A DNA stretch of 64,000 nucleotides from Balanoglossus misakiensis (Eukaryota; Animalia; Hemichordata), in NCBI GenBank assembly GCA_040954595.2, contig CM082592.2:6683677-6747676 (forward strand). The letters are read 5' to 3'. The notes beneath the pieces were generated by a model. That model was not told the origin of the DNA. It did no database searches and saw nothing but the letters and a program-made list of their open reading frames with translations. The position numbers were made by a program, and so were the translations under genes. Shown piece by piece: positions 1 to 14,761 of the stretch; positions within the stretch are counted from its first letter, which is position 1; every line of letters starts with the position of its first letter.

Positions 1-3000
1 GATAAAAAACCATGGTTATAGCTCATGAAAATCACCCAGAAAATGACAATTTTTCGACTTTGCGAATTTCGAAATTTGGTGATTATTTGATAAAAAGCAT
101 GGGTTATAGCTCCATGAAAATCACCCAGAAATGACAATTTTCGACTTTGCGAATTTCGAAATTTGGTGATTTTTATGATAAAAAGCATGGGTTTATAGCT
201 CATGAAAATCACCCAGAAATGACAATTTTTCGACTTTGCGAATTTTCGAAATTTGTGATTTTTTGAAAAAAACATGGGTTATAGCTCATGAAAATCACCC
301 AGAAATGACAATTTTTCGACTTTGCGAATTTTCGAAATTTGGTGATTTTTTGATAAAAACCATGGGTTATAGCTCATGAAAATCACCCAGAAATGACAAT
401 TTTTCGACTTTGCGAATTTTCGAAATTTGGTGATTTTTTGATAAAAAGCATGGGTTATAGCTCATGAAAATCACCCAGAAATGACAATTTTTCGACTTTG
501 CGAATTTTCGAAATTTGGTGATTTTTTGATAAAAAGCCATGGGTTATAGCTCATGAAAATCACCCAGAAATGACAATTTTTCGACTTTGCGAATTTTCGA
601 AATTTGGTGATTTTTTGATAAAAACCATGGGTTATAGCTCATGAAAATCACCCAGAGATGACAATTTTTCGACTTTGCGAATTTTCGAAATTTGGTGATT
701 TTTTGATAAAAACCATGGGTTATAGCTCATGAAAATCACCCAGAAATGACAATTTTTCGACTTTGCGAATTTTCGAAATTTGGTGATTTTTTGATAAAAA
801 CCATGGGTTATAGCTCATGAAAATCACCCAGAAATGACAATTTTTCGACTTTGCGAATTTTCGAAATTTGGTGATTTTTTGATAAAAACCATGGGTTATA
901 GCTCATGAAAATCACCCAGAAATGACAATTTTTCGACTTTGCGAATTTTCGAAATTTGGTGATTTTTTGATAAAAACCATGGGTTATAGCTCATGAAAAT
1001 CACCCAGAAATGACGATTTTTCGACTTTGCGAATTTCGAAATTTGGTGATTTTTTGATAAAAACCATGGGTTATAGCTCATGAAAATCACCCAGAAATGA
1101 CAATTTTTCGACTTTGCGAATTTTCGAAATTTGGTGATTTTTTGATAAAAACCATGGGTTATAGCTCATGAAAATCACCCAGAAATGACAATTTTTCGAC
1201 TTTGCGAATTTTCGAAATTTTTGTGATTTTTTGATAAAAACCATGGGTTATAGCTCATGAAAGTCACCCAGAAATGACAATTTTTCGACTTTGCGAATTT
1301 TCGAAATTTGGTGATTTTTTGATAAAAACCATGGGTTATAGCTCATGAAAATCACCCAGAAATGACAATTTTTCGACTTTGCGAATTTTCGAAATTTGGT
1401 GATTTTTTGATAAAAACCATGGGTTATAGCTCATGAAAATCAACCCAGAAATGACAATTTTTCGACTTTGCGAATTTTCGAAATTTGGTGATTTTTTGAT
1501 AAAAAGCATGGGTTATAGCTCATGAAAATCACCCAGAAATGACAATTTTTCGACTTTGCGAATTTTCGAAATTTGGTGATTTTTTGATAAAAAGCATGGG
1601 TTATAGCTCATGAAAATCACCCAGAAATGACAATTTTTCGACTTTGCGAATTTTCGAAATTTGGTGATTTTTTGATAAAAACCATGGGTTATAGCTCATG
1701 AAAATCACCCAGAAATGACAATTTTTCGACTTTGCGAATTTTCGAAATTTGGTGATTTTTTGATAAAAACCATGGGTTATAGCTCATGAAAATCACCCAG
1801 AAATGACAATTTTTCGACTTTGCGAATTTTCGAAATTTGGTGATTTTTTGATAAAAACCATGGGTTATAGCTCATGAAAATCACCCAGAAATGACAATTT
1901 TTCGACTTTGCGAATTTTCGAAATTTGGTGATTTTTTGATAAAAGCATGGGTTATAGCTCATGAAAATCACCCAGAAATGACAATTTTTCGACTTTGCGA
2001 ATTTTCGAAATTTGGTGATTTTTTGATAAAAACCATGGGTTATAGCTCATGAAAATCACCCAGAAATGACAATTTTTCGAATTTGCGAATTTTCGAAATT
2101 TGGTGATTTTTTGATAAAAAGCATGGGTTATAGCTCATGAAAATCACCCAGAAATGACAATTTTTCGACTTTGCGAATTTTCGAAATTTGGTGATTTTTT
2201 GATAAAAAGCATGGGTTATAGCTCATGAAAATCACCCAGAAATGACAATTTTTCGACTTTGCGAATTTTCGAAATTTGGTGATTTTTTGATAAAAAGCAT
2301 GGGTTATAGCTCATGAAAATCACCCAGAAATGACAATTTTTCGACTTTGCGAATTTTCGAAATTTGGTGATTTTTTGATAAAAAGCATGGGTTATAGCTC
2401 ATGAAAATCACCCAGAAATGACAATTTTTCGACTTTGCGAATTTTCGAAATTTGGTGATTTTTTGATAAAAAGCATGGGTTATAGCTCATGAAAATCACC
2501 CAGAAATGACAATTTTTCGACTTTGCGAATTTTCGAAATTTGGTGATTTTTTGATAAAAAGCATGGGTTATAGCTCATGAAAATCACCCAGAAATGACAA
2601 TTTTTCGACTTTGCGAATTTTCGAAATTTGGTGATTTTTTGATAAAAAGCATGGGTTATAGCTCATGAAAATCACCCAGAGATGACAATTTTTCGACTTT
2701 GCGAATTTTCGAAATTTGGTGATTTTTTGATAAAAAGCATGGGTTATAGCTCATGAAAATCACCCAGAAATGACAATTTTTCGACTTTGCGAATTTTCGA
2801 AATTTGGTGATTTTTTGATAAAAAGCATGGGTTATAGCTCATGAAAATCACCCAGAAATGACAATTTTTCGACTTTGCGAATTTTCGAAATTTGGTGATT
2901 TTTTGATAAAAACCATGGGTTATAGCTCATGAAAATCACCCAGAAATGACAATTTTTCGACTTTGCGAATTTTCGAAATTTGGTGATTTTTTGATAAAAA

Positions 3001-6000
3001 CCATGGGTTATAGCTCATGAAAATCACCCAGAGATGACAATTTTTCGACTTTGCGAATTTTCGAAATTTGGTGATTTTTTGATAAAAACCATGGGTTATA
3101 GCTCATGAAAATCACCCAGAAATGACAATTTTTCGACTTTGCGAATTTTCGAAATTTGGTGATTTTTTGATAAAAACCATGGGTTATAGCTCATGAAAAT
3201 CACCCAGAAATGACGATTTTTCGACTTTGCGAATTTTCGAAATTTGGTGATTTTTTGATAAAAACCATGGGTTATAGCTCATGAAAATCACCCAGAAATG
3301 ACAATTTTTCGACTTTGCGAATTTTCGAAATTTGGTGATTTTTTGATAAAAACCATGGGTTATAGCTCATGAAAATCACCCAGAAATGACAATTTTTCGA
3401 CTTTGCGAATTTTCGAAATTTGGTGATTTTTTGATAAAAACCATGGGTTATAGCTCATGAAAATCACCCAGAAATGACAATTTTTCGACTTTGCGAATTT
3501 TCGAAATTTGGTGATTTTTTGATAAAAAGCATGGGTTATAGCTCATGAAAATAACCCAGAAATGACAATTTTTCGACTTTGCGAATTTTCGAAATTTGGT
3601 GATTTTTTGATAAAAAGCATGGGTTATAGCTCATGAAAATCACCCAGAAATGACAATTTTTCGACTTTGCGAATTTTCGAAATTTGGTGATTTTTTGATA
3701 AAAAGCATGGGTTATAGCTCATGAAAATCACCCAGAAATGACAATTTTTCGACTTTGCGAATTTTCGAAATTTGGTGATTTTTTGATAAAAACCATGGGT
3801 TATAGCTCATGAAAATCACCCAGAAATGACAATTTTTCGACTTTGCGAATTTTCGAAATTTGGTGATTTTTTGATAAAAACCATGGGTTATAGCTCATGA
3901 AAATCACCCAGAGATGACAATTTTTCGACTTTGCGAATTTTCGAAATTTGGTGATTTTTTGATAAAAACCATGGGTTATAGCTCATGAAAATCACCCAGA
4001 AATGACGATTTTTCGACTTTGCGAATTTTCGAAATTTGGTGATTTTTTGATAAAAACCATGGGTTATAGCTCATGAAAATCACCCAGAAATGACAATTTT
4101 TCGACTTTGCGAATTTTCGAAATTTGGTGATTTTTTGATAAAAACCATGGGTTATAGCTCATGAAAATAACCCAGAAATGACAATTTTTCGACTTTGCGA
4201 ATTTTCGAAATTTGGTGATTTTTTGATAAAAAGCATGGGTTATAGCTCATGAAAATCACCCAGAAATGACAATTTTTCGACTTTGCGAATTTTCGAAATT
4301 TGGTGATTTTTTGATAAAAACCATGGGTTATAGCTCATGAAAATCACCCAGAAATGACGATTTTTCGACTTTGCGAATTTTCGAAATTTGGTGATTTTTT
4401 GATAAAAACCATGGGTTATAGCTCATGAAAATCACCCAGAAATGACAATTTTTCGACTTTGCGAATTTTCGAAATTTGATGATTTTTTGATAAAAACCAT
4501 GGGTTATAGCTCATGAAAATCACCCGGAAATGACAATTTTTCGACTTTGCGAATTTTCGAAATTTGGTGATTTTTTGATAAAAACCATGGGTTATAGCTC
4601 ATGAAAATCACCCAGAAATGACAATTTTTCGACTTTGCGAATTTTCGAAATTTGGTGATTTTTTGATAAAAAGCATGGGTTATAGCTCATGAAAATCACC
4701 CAGAGATGACAATTTTTCGACTTTGCGAATTTTCGAAATTTGGTGATTTTTTGATAAAAAGCATGGGTTATAGCTCATGAAAATCACCCAGAAATGACAA
4801 TTTTTCGACTTTGCGAATTTTCGAAATTTGGTGATTTTTTGATAAAAAGCATGGGTTATAGCTCATGAAAATCACCCAGAAATGACAATTTTTCGACTTT
4901 GCGAATTTTCGAAATTTGGTGATTTTTTGATAAAAACCATGGGTTATAGCTCATGAAAATCACCCAGAAATGACAATTTTTCGACTTTGCGAATTTTCGA
5001 AATTTGGTGATTTTTTGATAAAAACCATGGGTTATAGCTCATGAAAATCACCCAGAGATGACAATTTTTCGACTTTGCGAATTTTCGAAATTTGGTGATT
5101 TTTTGATAAAAACCATGGGTTATAGCTCATGAAAATCACCCAGAAATGACAATTTTTCGACTTTGCGAATTTTCGAAATTTGGTGATTTTTTGATAAAAA
5201 CCATGGGTTATAGCTCATGAAAATCACCCAGAAATGACGATTTTTCGACTTTGCGAATTTTCGAAATTTGGTGATTTTTTGATAAAAACCATGGGTTATA
5301 GCTCATGAAAATCACCCAGAAATGACAATTTTTCGACTTTGCGAATTTTCGAAATTTGGTGATTTTTTGATAAAAACCATGGGTTATAGCTCATGAAAAT
5401 CACCCAGAAATGACAATTTTTCGACTTTGCGAATTTTCGAAATTTGGTGATTTTTTGATAAAAAGCATGGGTTATAGCTCATGAAAATCACCCAGAAATG
5501 ACAATTTTTCGACTTTGCGAATTTTCGAAATTTGGTGATTTTTTGATAAAAAGCATGGGTTATAGCTCATGAAAATAACCCAGAAATGACAATTTTTCGA
5601 CTTTGCGAATTTTCGAAATTTGGTGATTTTTTGATAAAAAGCATGGGTTATAGCTCATGAAAATCACCCAGAAATGACAATTTTTCGACTTTGCGAATTT
5701 TCGAAATTTGGTGATTTTTTGATAAAAAGCATGGGTTATAGCTCATGAAAATCACCCAGAAATGACAATTTTTCGACTTTGCGAATTTTCGAAATTTGGT
5801 GATTTTTTGATAAAAACCATGGGTTATAGCTCATGAAAATCACCCAGAAATGACAATTTTTCGACTTTGCGAATTTTCGAAATTTGGTGATTTTTTGATA
5901 AAAACCATGGGTTATAGCTCATGAAAATCACCCAGAGATGACAATTTTTCGACTTTGCGAATTTTCGAAATTTGGTGATTTTTTGATAAAAACCATGGGT

Positions 6001-9000
6001 TATAGCTCATGAAAATCACCCAGAAATGACGATTTTTCGACTTTGCGAATTTTCGAAATTTGGTGATTTTTTGATAAAAACCATGGGTTATAGCTCATGA
6101 AAATCACCCAGAAATGACAATTTTTCGACTTTGCGAATTTTCGAAATTTGGTGATTTTTTGATAAAAACCATGGGTTATAGCTCATGAAAATAACCCAGA
6201 AATGACAATTTTTCGACTTTGCGAATTTTCGAAATTTGGTGATTTTTTGATAAAAAGCATGGGTTATAGCTCATGAAAATCACCCAGAAATGACAATTTT
6301 TCGACTTTGCGAATTTTCGAAATTTGGTGATTTTTTGATAAAAACCATGGGTTATAGCTCATGAAAATCACCCAGAAATGACGATTTTTCGACTTTGCGA
6401 ATTTTCGAAATTTGGTGATTTTTTGATAAAAACCATGGGTTATAGCTCATGAAAATCACCCAGAAATGACAATTTTTCGACTTTGCGAATTTTCGAAATT
6501 TGATGATTTTTTGATAAAAACCATGGGTTATAGCTCATGAAAATCACCCGGAAATGACAATTTTTCGACTTTGCGAATTTTCGAAATTTGGTGATTTTTT
6601 GATAAAAACCATGGGTTATAGCTCATGAAAATCACCCAGAAATGACAATTTTTCGACTTTGCGAATTTTCGAAATTATGTGATTTTTTGATAAAAACCAT
6701 GGGTTATAGCTCATGAAAATCACCCAGAAATGACGATTTTTCGACTTTGCGAATTTTCGAAATTTGGTGATTTTTTGATAAAAACCATGGGTTATAGCTC
6801 ATGAAAATCACCCAGAAATGACAATTTTTCGACTTTGCGAATTTTCGAAATTTGGTGATTTTTTGATAAAAAGCATGGGTTATAGCTCATGAAAATCACC
6901 CAGAAATGACAATTTTTCGACTTTGCGAATTTTCGAAATTTGGTGATTTTTTGATAAAAAGCATGGGTTATAGCTCATGAAAATCACCCAGAAATGACAA
7001 TTTTTCGACTTTGCGAATTTTCGAAATTTGGTGATTTTTTGATAAAAACCATGGGTTATAGCTCATGAAAATCACCCAGAAATGACAATTTTTCGACTTT
7101 GCGAATTTTCGAAATTTGGTGATTTTTTGATAAAAACCATGGGTTATAGCTCATGAAAATCACCCAGAAATGACAATTTTTCGACTTTGCGAATTTTCGA
7201 AATTTGGTGATTTTTTGATAAAAAGCATGGGTTATAGCTCATGAAAATCACCCAGAAATGACAATTTTTCGACTTTGCGAATTTTCGAAATTTGGTGATT
7301 TTTTGATAAAAAGCATGGGTTATAGCTCATGAAAATCACCCAGAAATGACAATTTTTCGACTTTGCGAATTTTCGAAATTTGGTGATTTTTTGATAAAAA
7401 GCATGGGTTATAGCTCATGAAAATCACCCAGAAATGACGATTTTTCGACTTTGCGAATTTTCTAAATTTGGTGATTTTTTGATAAAAAGCATGGGTTATA
7501 GCTCATGAAAATCACCCAGAAATGACAATTTTTCGACTTTGCGAATTTTCGAAATTTGGTGATTTTTTGATAAAAAGCATGGGTTATAGCTCATGAAAAT
7601 CACCCAGAAATGACAATTTTTCGACTTTGCGAATTTTCGAAATTTGGTGATTTTTTGATAAAAAGCATGGGTTATAGCTCATGAAAATCACCCAGAAATG
7701 ACAATTTTTCGACTTTGCGAATTTTCGAAATTTGGTGATTTTTTGATAAAAAGCATGGGTTATAGCTCATGAAAATCACCCAGAAATGACAATTTTTCGA
7801 CTTTGCGAATTTTCGAAATTTGGTGATTTTTTGATAAAAACCATGGGTTATAGCTCATGAAAATCACCCAGAGATGACAATTTTTAGACTTTGCGAATTT
7901 TCGAAATTTGGTGATTTTTTGATAAAAACCATGTGTTATAGCTCATGAAAATCACCCAGAAATGACGATTTTTCGACTTTGCGAATTTTCGAAATTTGGT
8001 GATTTTTTGATAAAAACCATGGGTTATAGCTCATGAAAATCACCCAGAAATGACAATTTTTCGACTTTGCGAATTTTCGAAATTTGGTGATTTTTTGATA
8101 AAAACCATGGGTTATAGCTCATGAAAATCACCCAGAAATGACAATTTTTCGACTTTGCGAATTTTCGAAATTTGGTGATTTTTTGATAAAAACCATGGGT
8201 TATAGCTCATGAAAATCACCCAGAAATGACAATTTTTCGACTTTGCGAATTTTCGAAATTTGGTGATTTTTTGATAAAAACCATGGGTTATAGCTCATGA
8301 AAATCACCCAGAAATGACAATTTTTCGACTTTGCGAATTTTCGAAATTTGGTGATTTTTTGATAAAAACCGTGGGTTATAGCTCATGAAAATCACCCTGA
8401 AATGACAATTTTTCGACTTTGCGAATTTTCGAAATTTGGTGATTTTTTGATAAAAACCATGGGTTATAGCTCATGAAAATCACCCAGAAATGACGATTAT
8501 TCGACTTTGTGAATTTTCGAAATTTGGTGATTTTTTGATAAAAACCATGGGTTATAGCTCATGAAAATCACCCAGAAATGACAATTTTTCGACTTTGCGA
8601 ATTTTCGAAATTTGGTGATTTTTTGATAAAAACCATAGGTTATAGCTCATGAAAATCACCCAGAAATGACAATTTTTCGACTTTGCGAATTTTCGAAATT
8701 TGGTGATTTTTTGATAAAAACCATGGGTTATAGCTCATGAAAATCACCCAGAAATGACAATTTTTCGACTTTGCGAATTTTCGAAATTTGGTGATTTTTT
8801 GATAAAAACCATGGGTTATAGCTCATGAAAATCACACAGAAATGACGATTTTTCGACTTTGCGAATTTTCGAAATTTGGTCATTTTTTGATAAAAACCAT
8901 GGGTTATAGCTCATGAAAATCACCCAGAAATGACAATTTTTCGACTTTGCGAATTTTCGAAATTTGGTGATTTTTTGATAAAAAGCATGGGTTATAGCTC

Positions 9001-10975
9001 ATGAAAATCACCCAAAAATGACAATTTTTCGACTTTGCGAATTTTCGAAATTTGGTGATTTTTTCATAAAAACCATGGGTTATAGCTCATGAAAATCACC
9101 CAGAAATGACAATTTTTCGACTTTGCGAATTTTCGAAATTTGGTGATTTTTTGATAAAAACCATGGGTTATAGCTCATGAAAATCACCCAGAAATGACAA
9201 TTTTTCGACATTGCGAATTTTCGAAATTTGGTGATTTTTTGATAAAAACCATGGGTTATAGCTCATGAAAATCACCCAGAAATGACAATTTTTCGACTTT
9301 GCGAATTTTCGAAATTTGGTGATTTTTTGATAAAAACCGTGGGTTATAGCTCATGAAAATCACCCTGAAATGACAATTTTTCGACTTTGCGAATTTTCGA
9401 AATTTGGTGATTTTTTGATAAAAACCATGGGTTATAGCTCATGAAAATCACCCAGAAATGACAATTTTTCGACTTTGCGAATTTTCGAAATTTGGTCATT
9501 TTTTGATAAAAACCATGGGTTATAGCCCATGAAAATCACCCAGAAATGACAATTTTTCGACTTTGCGAATTTTCGAAATTTGGTCATTTTTTGATAAAAA
9601 CCATGGGTTATAGCCCATGAAAATCACCCAGAAATGACAATTTTTCGACTTTGCGAATTTTCGAAATTTGGTCATTTTTTGATAAAAACCATAGTTTATA
9701 GCCCATGAAAATCACCCAGAAATGACTATTTTTCGACTTTGCGAATTTTCGAAATTTGGTGATTTTTTAATAAAAACCATGGGTTATAGCCCATGAAAAT
9801 AACCCAGAAATGACAATTTTTCGACTTTGCGAATTTTCGAAATTTGGTGATTTTTTGATAAAAACCATGGGTTATAGCTCATGAAAATCACCCAGAAATG
9901 ACAATTTTTCGACTTTGCGAATTTTCGAAATTTGGTGATTTTTTGATAAAAACCATGGGTTATAGCTCATGAAAATCACCCAGAAATGACAATTTTTCGA
10001 CTTTGCGAATTTTCGAAATTTGGTGATTTTTTGATAAAAACCGTGGGTTATAGCTCATGAAAATCACCCTGAAATGACAATTTTTCGACTTTGCGAATTT
10101 TCGAAATTTGGTGATTTTTTGATAAAAACCATGGGTTATAGCTCATGAAAATCACCCAGAAATGACGATTATTCGACTTTGTGAATTTTCGAAATTTGGT
10201 GATTTTTTGATAAAAACCATGGGTTATAGCTCATGAAAATCACCCAGAAATGACAATTTTTCGACTTTGCGAATTTTCGAAATTTGGTGATTTTTTGATA
10301 AAAACCATGGGTTATAGCTCATGAAAATCACCCAGAAATGACAATTTTTCGACTTTGCGAATTTTCGAAATTTGGTGATTTTTTGATAAAAACCATGGGT
10401 TATAGCTCATGAAAATCACCCAGAAATGACAATTTTTCGACTTTGCGAATTTTCGAAATTTGGTGATTTTTTGATAAAAACCATGGGTTATAGCTCATGA
10501 AAATCACACAGAAATGACGATTTTTCGACTTTGCGAATTTTCGAAATTTGGTCATTTTTTGATAAAAACCATGGGTTATAGCTCATGAAAATCACCCAGA
10601 AATGACAATTTTTCGACTTTGCGAATTTTCGAAATTTGGTGATTTTTTGATAAAAAGCATGGGTTATAGCTCATGAAAATCACCCAAAAATGACAATTTT
10701 TCGACTTTGCGAATTTTCGAAATTTGGTGATTTTTTCATAAAAACCATGGGTTATAGCTCATGAAAATCACCCAGAAATGACAATTTTTCGACTTTGCGA
10801 ATTTTCGAAATTTGGTGATTTTTGATAAAAACCATGGGTTATAGCTCATGAAAATCACCCAGAAATGACAATTTTTCGACTTTGCGAATTTTCGAAATTT
10901 GGTGATTTTTTCATAAAAACCATGGGTTATAGCTCATGAAAATCACCCAGAAATGACAATTTTTAGACTTTCCGA
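1..10975. repeat. 88-bp tandem satellite array, ~125 copies, truncated by window start
   Basis: Consensus GATAAAAA(C/G)CATGGGTTATAGCTCATGAAAATCACCCAGAAATGACAATTTTTCGACTTTGCGAATTTTCGAAATTTGGTGATTTTTT. Monomer starts at 1321 and 1409, and the register recurs every 1320 bp (15x88) at 2641, 3961, 5281, 6601, 7921, 9241, 10561. Abrupt end at ~10971-10980. Confidence 0.99.
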
Positions 10976-13394
10976 CTTTTTTTCTGCGCGGCTATTTCTA
11001 TGTGAGTACGGGTCCACAGCATTGATGTTTTTTTCTCAAGTACATCGTGCCAATATGTCATCTAACGACGCGATGAGTGGATGTTGATCGATTATTTTAC
11101 GAGCCCTGTTTGTTAGTTTACACGCACTACTCACTGATAAGGCAGCTATGAAAGGGCGCTCCCTCTAATCCCGCGTATCGGTTAATTTAAACTTAAACGA
11201 TCGAAATGTCGATATTATCAATACCAAAGTTTATTTTTTGCCTTCATTATACCAACTTCTCAAATTACACATTTACAAGATCTTGTAAATATGTCTTTTC
11301 GGTAGTTTGATTAATTTCATCTTGTTCCGGCGTGTTATCTTTCTACATCGGTATTTATTGGGCGTTGTGCAATAAACCAAATGCGAATGTGCTGTTCTTA
11401 TGTTTAATTTGGATTGTACTGTGGTTATTTTGGGCGTAAGTGTTACGTTCAGAGGCGGGCTTTAATGAACCAATGTAAGTCACCATGACCCCCTTCGCTT
11501 TGAATATTTAGGTTTCCTGACCACGACTGCGGCATCAACTCTCGCGCATTGCAATAAAAATTCCCCTCAGACAAATTGGTTGTTGTATGAGGTTCTTACG
11601 ACCTTCTAAAGGTTTGCGTAAGCATTCTTTTAAAATCAATACGCCCAAATTTAAATTTGGCTGTTTTTTTTTTCATGTTAGTAAATGTAAACTCGTCTCG
11701 GTGAGTCGCAGTTTGCAAAAGAATCCGCGGTTCTCTATAAGTGACGATATGAATCCCAAATTTGGTGTAAATATTCAATATTTTGTGGTTTGCGGTTTGA
11801 ATAACCGATTATTTCAGAAATCAGAGAAAATTAAGCTTTCGCCCTATCATTATAGATTTGTCGATTTTAACGTATTGTAACTATAAAACATTGTACATGT
11901 AGTAAGTTTTTTATCACATGTATCATAGGCATATACCCTCATTATAACAAGCATTAGTCATCAATCTGACCTATACTTATTTGTCAAGTTTATTTCGGGG
12001 TTTTTTAAATCCATTTGTTCAGCGGGGAAACAGTTCCGCGTTAACAAGGCACAGAATTCACTATGCACAGAGACGGCAGAAATCACTTATCCAAGATCAA
12101 CGTGTTGACAGTTCGCCGACATATATTGTGTTTCGAGTCAAAAAGATGAATGGCGTGTTCATCAACAAAGGCAGAGCGAGACATCTCTGGTACCATCCGC
12201 GATACTAGACCGTACCCAGCTCTCTGGGTTAACGTCGAGATGTTATCTAAATTCAGCAGAGATGTTGTCTGAATAACAATACATATATGTGCGTAATGTG
12301 TACTTACAGGGAGCGGGCCTCTTACAGACAGGTTTACAGCGGCGTCACTCAAATTTCAATCAGTTTTAATTGATCTCCCGGTTTTCATTAATTAATGCAC
12401 TCGAGAATAGGAATTTACTATCGAAAAGCTATTATGTTTAAACAATTTATTTTATATCGGATGTACAGTAAAACTGGAGGTTTGATGAAAGGTACGTTGT
12501 CTGGATTTAGGGGGTATGTTTTGGAGTTCGATCTACTCCCCTCTGTGTTTTCTAGATATTGTCCATTCACGGCAGAAGTGTACATAGAAACTATCCGTTG
12601 CTTTTCTCACCATGTTATGAAGGTCACGTATGGCCCGTTTTAATTTTGTCGTTCACACTTCAAGTTGTGTGGGCAATCTATCTATAATCACTGGTCAAGC
12701 GCGGCAACGCACAAATATTTGTGTGGCTGTATTCGGTTGCTATTTGCACTTACCTGCGCGATATATCTTTATCACCAACACTGCTTCATCACATAAAGAT
12801 TTAAGGATTTACGGCCATCAAATAAAGTATGTTTAATTTATATAGGCGTCTATGTCTGCGTATAATTATTCTTATTCGTGCTGAATACGACCGACTTAAT
12901 ACGCCGGGCCGATCCTTGGATAAACAGTTAGGTGCATCTTATAAACACGGTTGAGGAAGTTTGGGTTCGAATTTGACATTGTGAAAAGGTCCCCGTTGTT
13001 GACAGAGACTCCTTTGAATAATAGTGTAACAGAAAGAGACTGAGACTTGTAATTGTAAATGACATCAATTCAATATTTAATAGAAATTCTCTGACAAAAT
13101 CGAAATACATTTCTGATCAACAAAAATACAGCAGTGCACTAACTTATTGTCACAAAGATGTTAACTAGAGCGTAACTGTCTGGTCATTTCGTCTTCTGAA
13201 CGTCCGTTATACTTATTTTCAGATGTTGTATAAATTACAAGAATTTCAATGCAAGCGTGAGATATTAAATGAATCTGATATTTTTATTTTGCGATGCAAT
13301 TCTATACGGTCACAAATCAGTATATTTACTATATTTCATGATCAAAACCTTTGTCTATTCACTAAATAAACCGTTCCTTGTTGCTTTCTTCCAG

Positions 13395-14730
13395 CTGCTG
13401 GTACCGTTGGCATGATGGCCTCCATCTTTGATGTAGCAATGGTTTCGTGGCATGCCCACAGCGACGAATTGAACGACAAGACAGTCTACACAACGCTGGC
13501 CAGAACATATGGACCGTCGTACAAATTCACGCAAGCGTTTTTATCCATGTTCCTGTATTACCAATGGGATGTGATCGGTTAGTTTTTTAAAAAAAACATT
13601 CGAATCTGACATTGATGATGATAACATTTTATCGTGCTTTGTTGGTTTTGCACCGAATACAGTGGTATGGATTATAGGGATATCTGATAGCAATTTTCGA
13701 CAAACAACAAATACAGACAGAAATCAAACCATTGGGATCTAATCGAACTTGTTTTGACAGTATCAATGTAAGGTTCTTACAAATCTGTGTTTAAGAAACG
13801 TGACAAGATGATATGGCTGGCATATGTGCTGCGCACAAAATGACAAAGAGACACTGCGCATGCTGAGTAATCGTCTTCGGTTTAAAATTATCTGTAGTAT
13901 TGTCGAACCAACATGCCTTACAGATTGTGTAAGTAAGATACTGAAGAGTTGTGTGAAGGGAGTTTTCCAAACTTAGAAAGAGAGTCGGAGATTTGCAAAG
14001 AGCGGTCTGCTCATTTTCAAAGGGTTGGGGTAATCCAAAATGGCGTCCAAAATGCGAAACGACAGCGCGGCGTCCGAGTGGAAGCGCGCCTTTCAGTGCA
14101 GTCCCGCTATGACAAATTGGACGACGGACATCACATGGATGTAAACGTGAGGTTTTGCGCACAGCAGATTGCCAATTTATAAGAAGCTATCTTTCCTATC
14201 TTTTAAAGTAATCTGGTGATTACAATATAAGGAATGTCAAATGGATTAAAAATAACCGATTGCTTAGAAACTTATCATGTCACATGTTAATTTTGTTTCG
14301 GCCGCAGAAAAGAGAATATTAGGAAGAAAAAGACAAAAACTGTCTATCTGTCTGTATCGTTTCCCCTACGACATCTGATGTACACGTGTGTCTTCTTTCA
14401 CACAGTAACCCCTGTCATTGCATCGTGTCTGGTCATGTCTCTGAGATTTAATTCGTCTTATTGATTTAATCCACAATCTCAAATATGATAGCGCGACGAC
14501 TGATTAGCAGCGAAGACATTGTTTTTTTTCTCTATCCAGGATCATTGTCAAACCACGCATCTGAGACGATACTATTTGATCGGATTTCGCGCCTGAACGA
14601 TAAAACCACAAAGAATGGAAATGCGTCTAGATTGATAAAACGGATAAGAGCAGCAAATTTAGAACAATGATTTATCATAGACCATAGAGAATATGGTAAT
14701 ATCAAATGAAATAAAATTTATATCTTTGCT

Positions 14731-14761
<31 letters not shown>

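Noticed and set aside
1-560. Apparently divergent satellite monomers at the window start
   Set aside because: Differences are nearly all homopolymer-length indels, typical of low-coverage long-read consensus at a contig end.
1321-1408. CENP-B box in the monomer
   Set aside because: TTCG is present but the required downstream A and CGGG positions are absent on both strands.
1-10975. CRISPR array or coding repeat (ORFs 896..1090, 1777..1971)
   Set aside because: Monomers are contiguous with no unique spacers, there are no cas genes, and the context is eukaryotic. The ORFs arise from single-base indels in the repeat.
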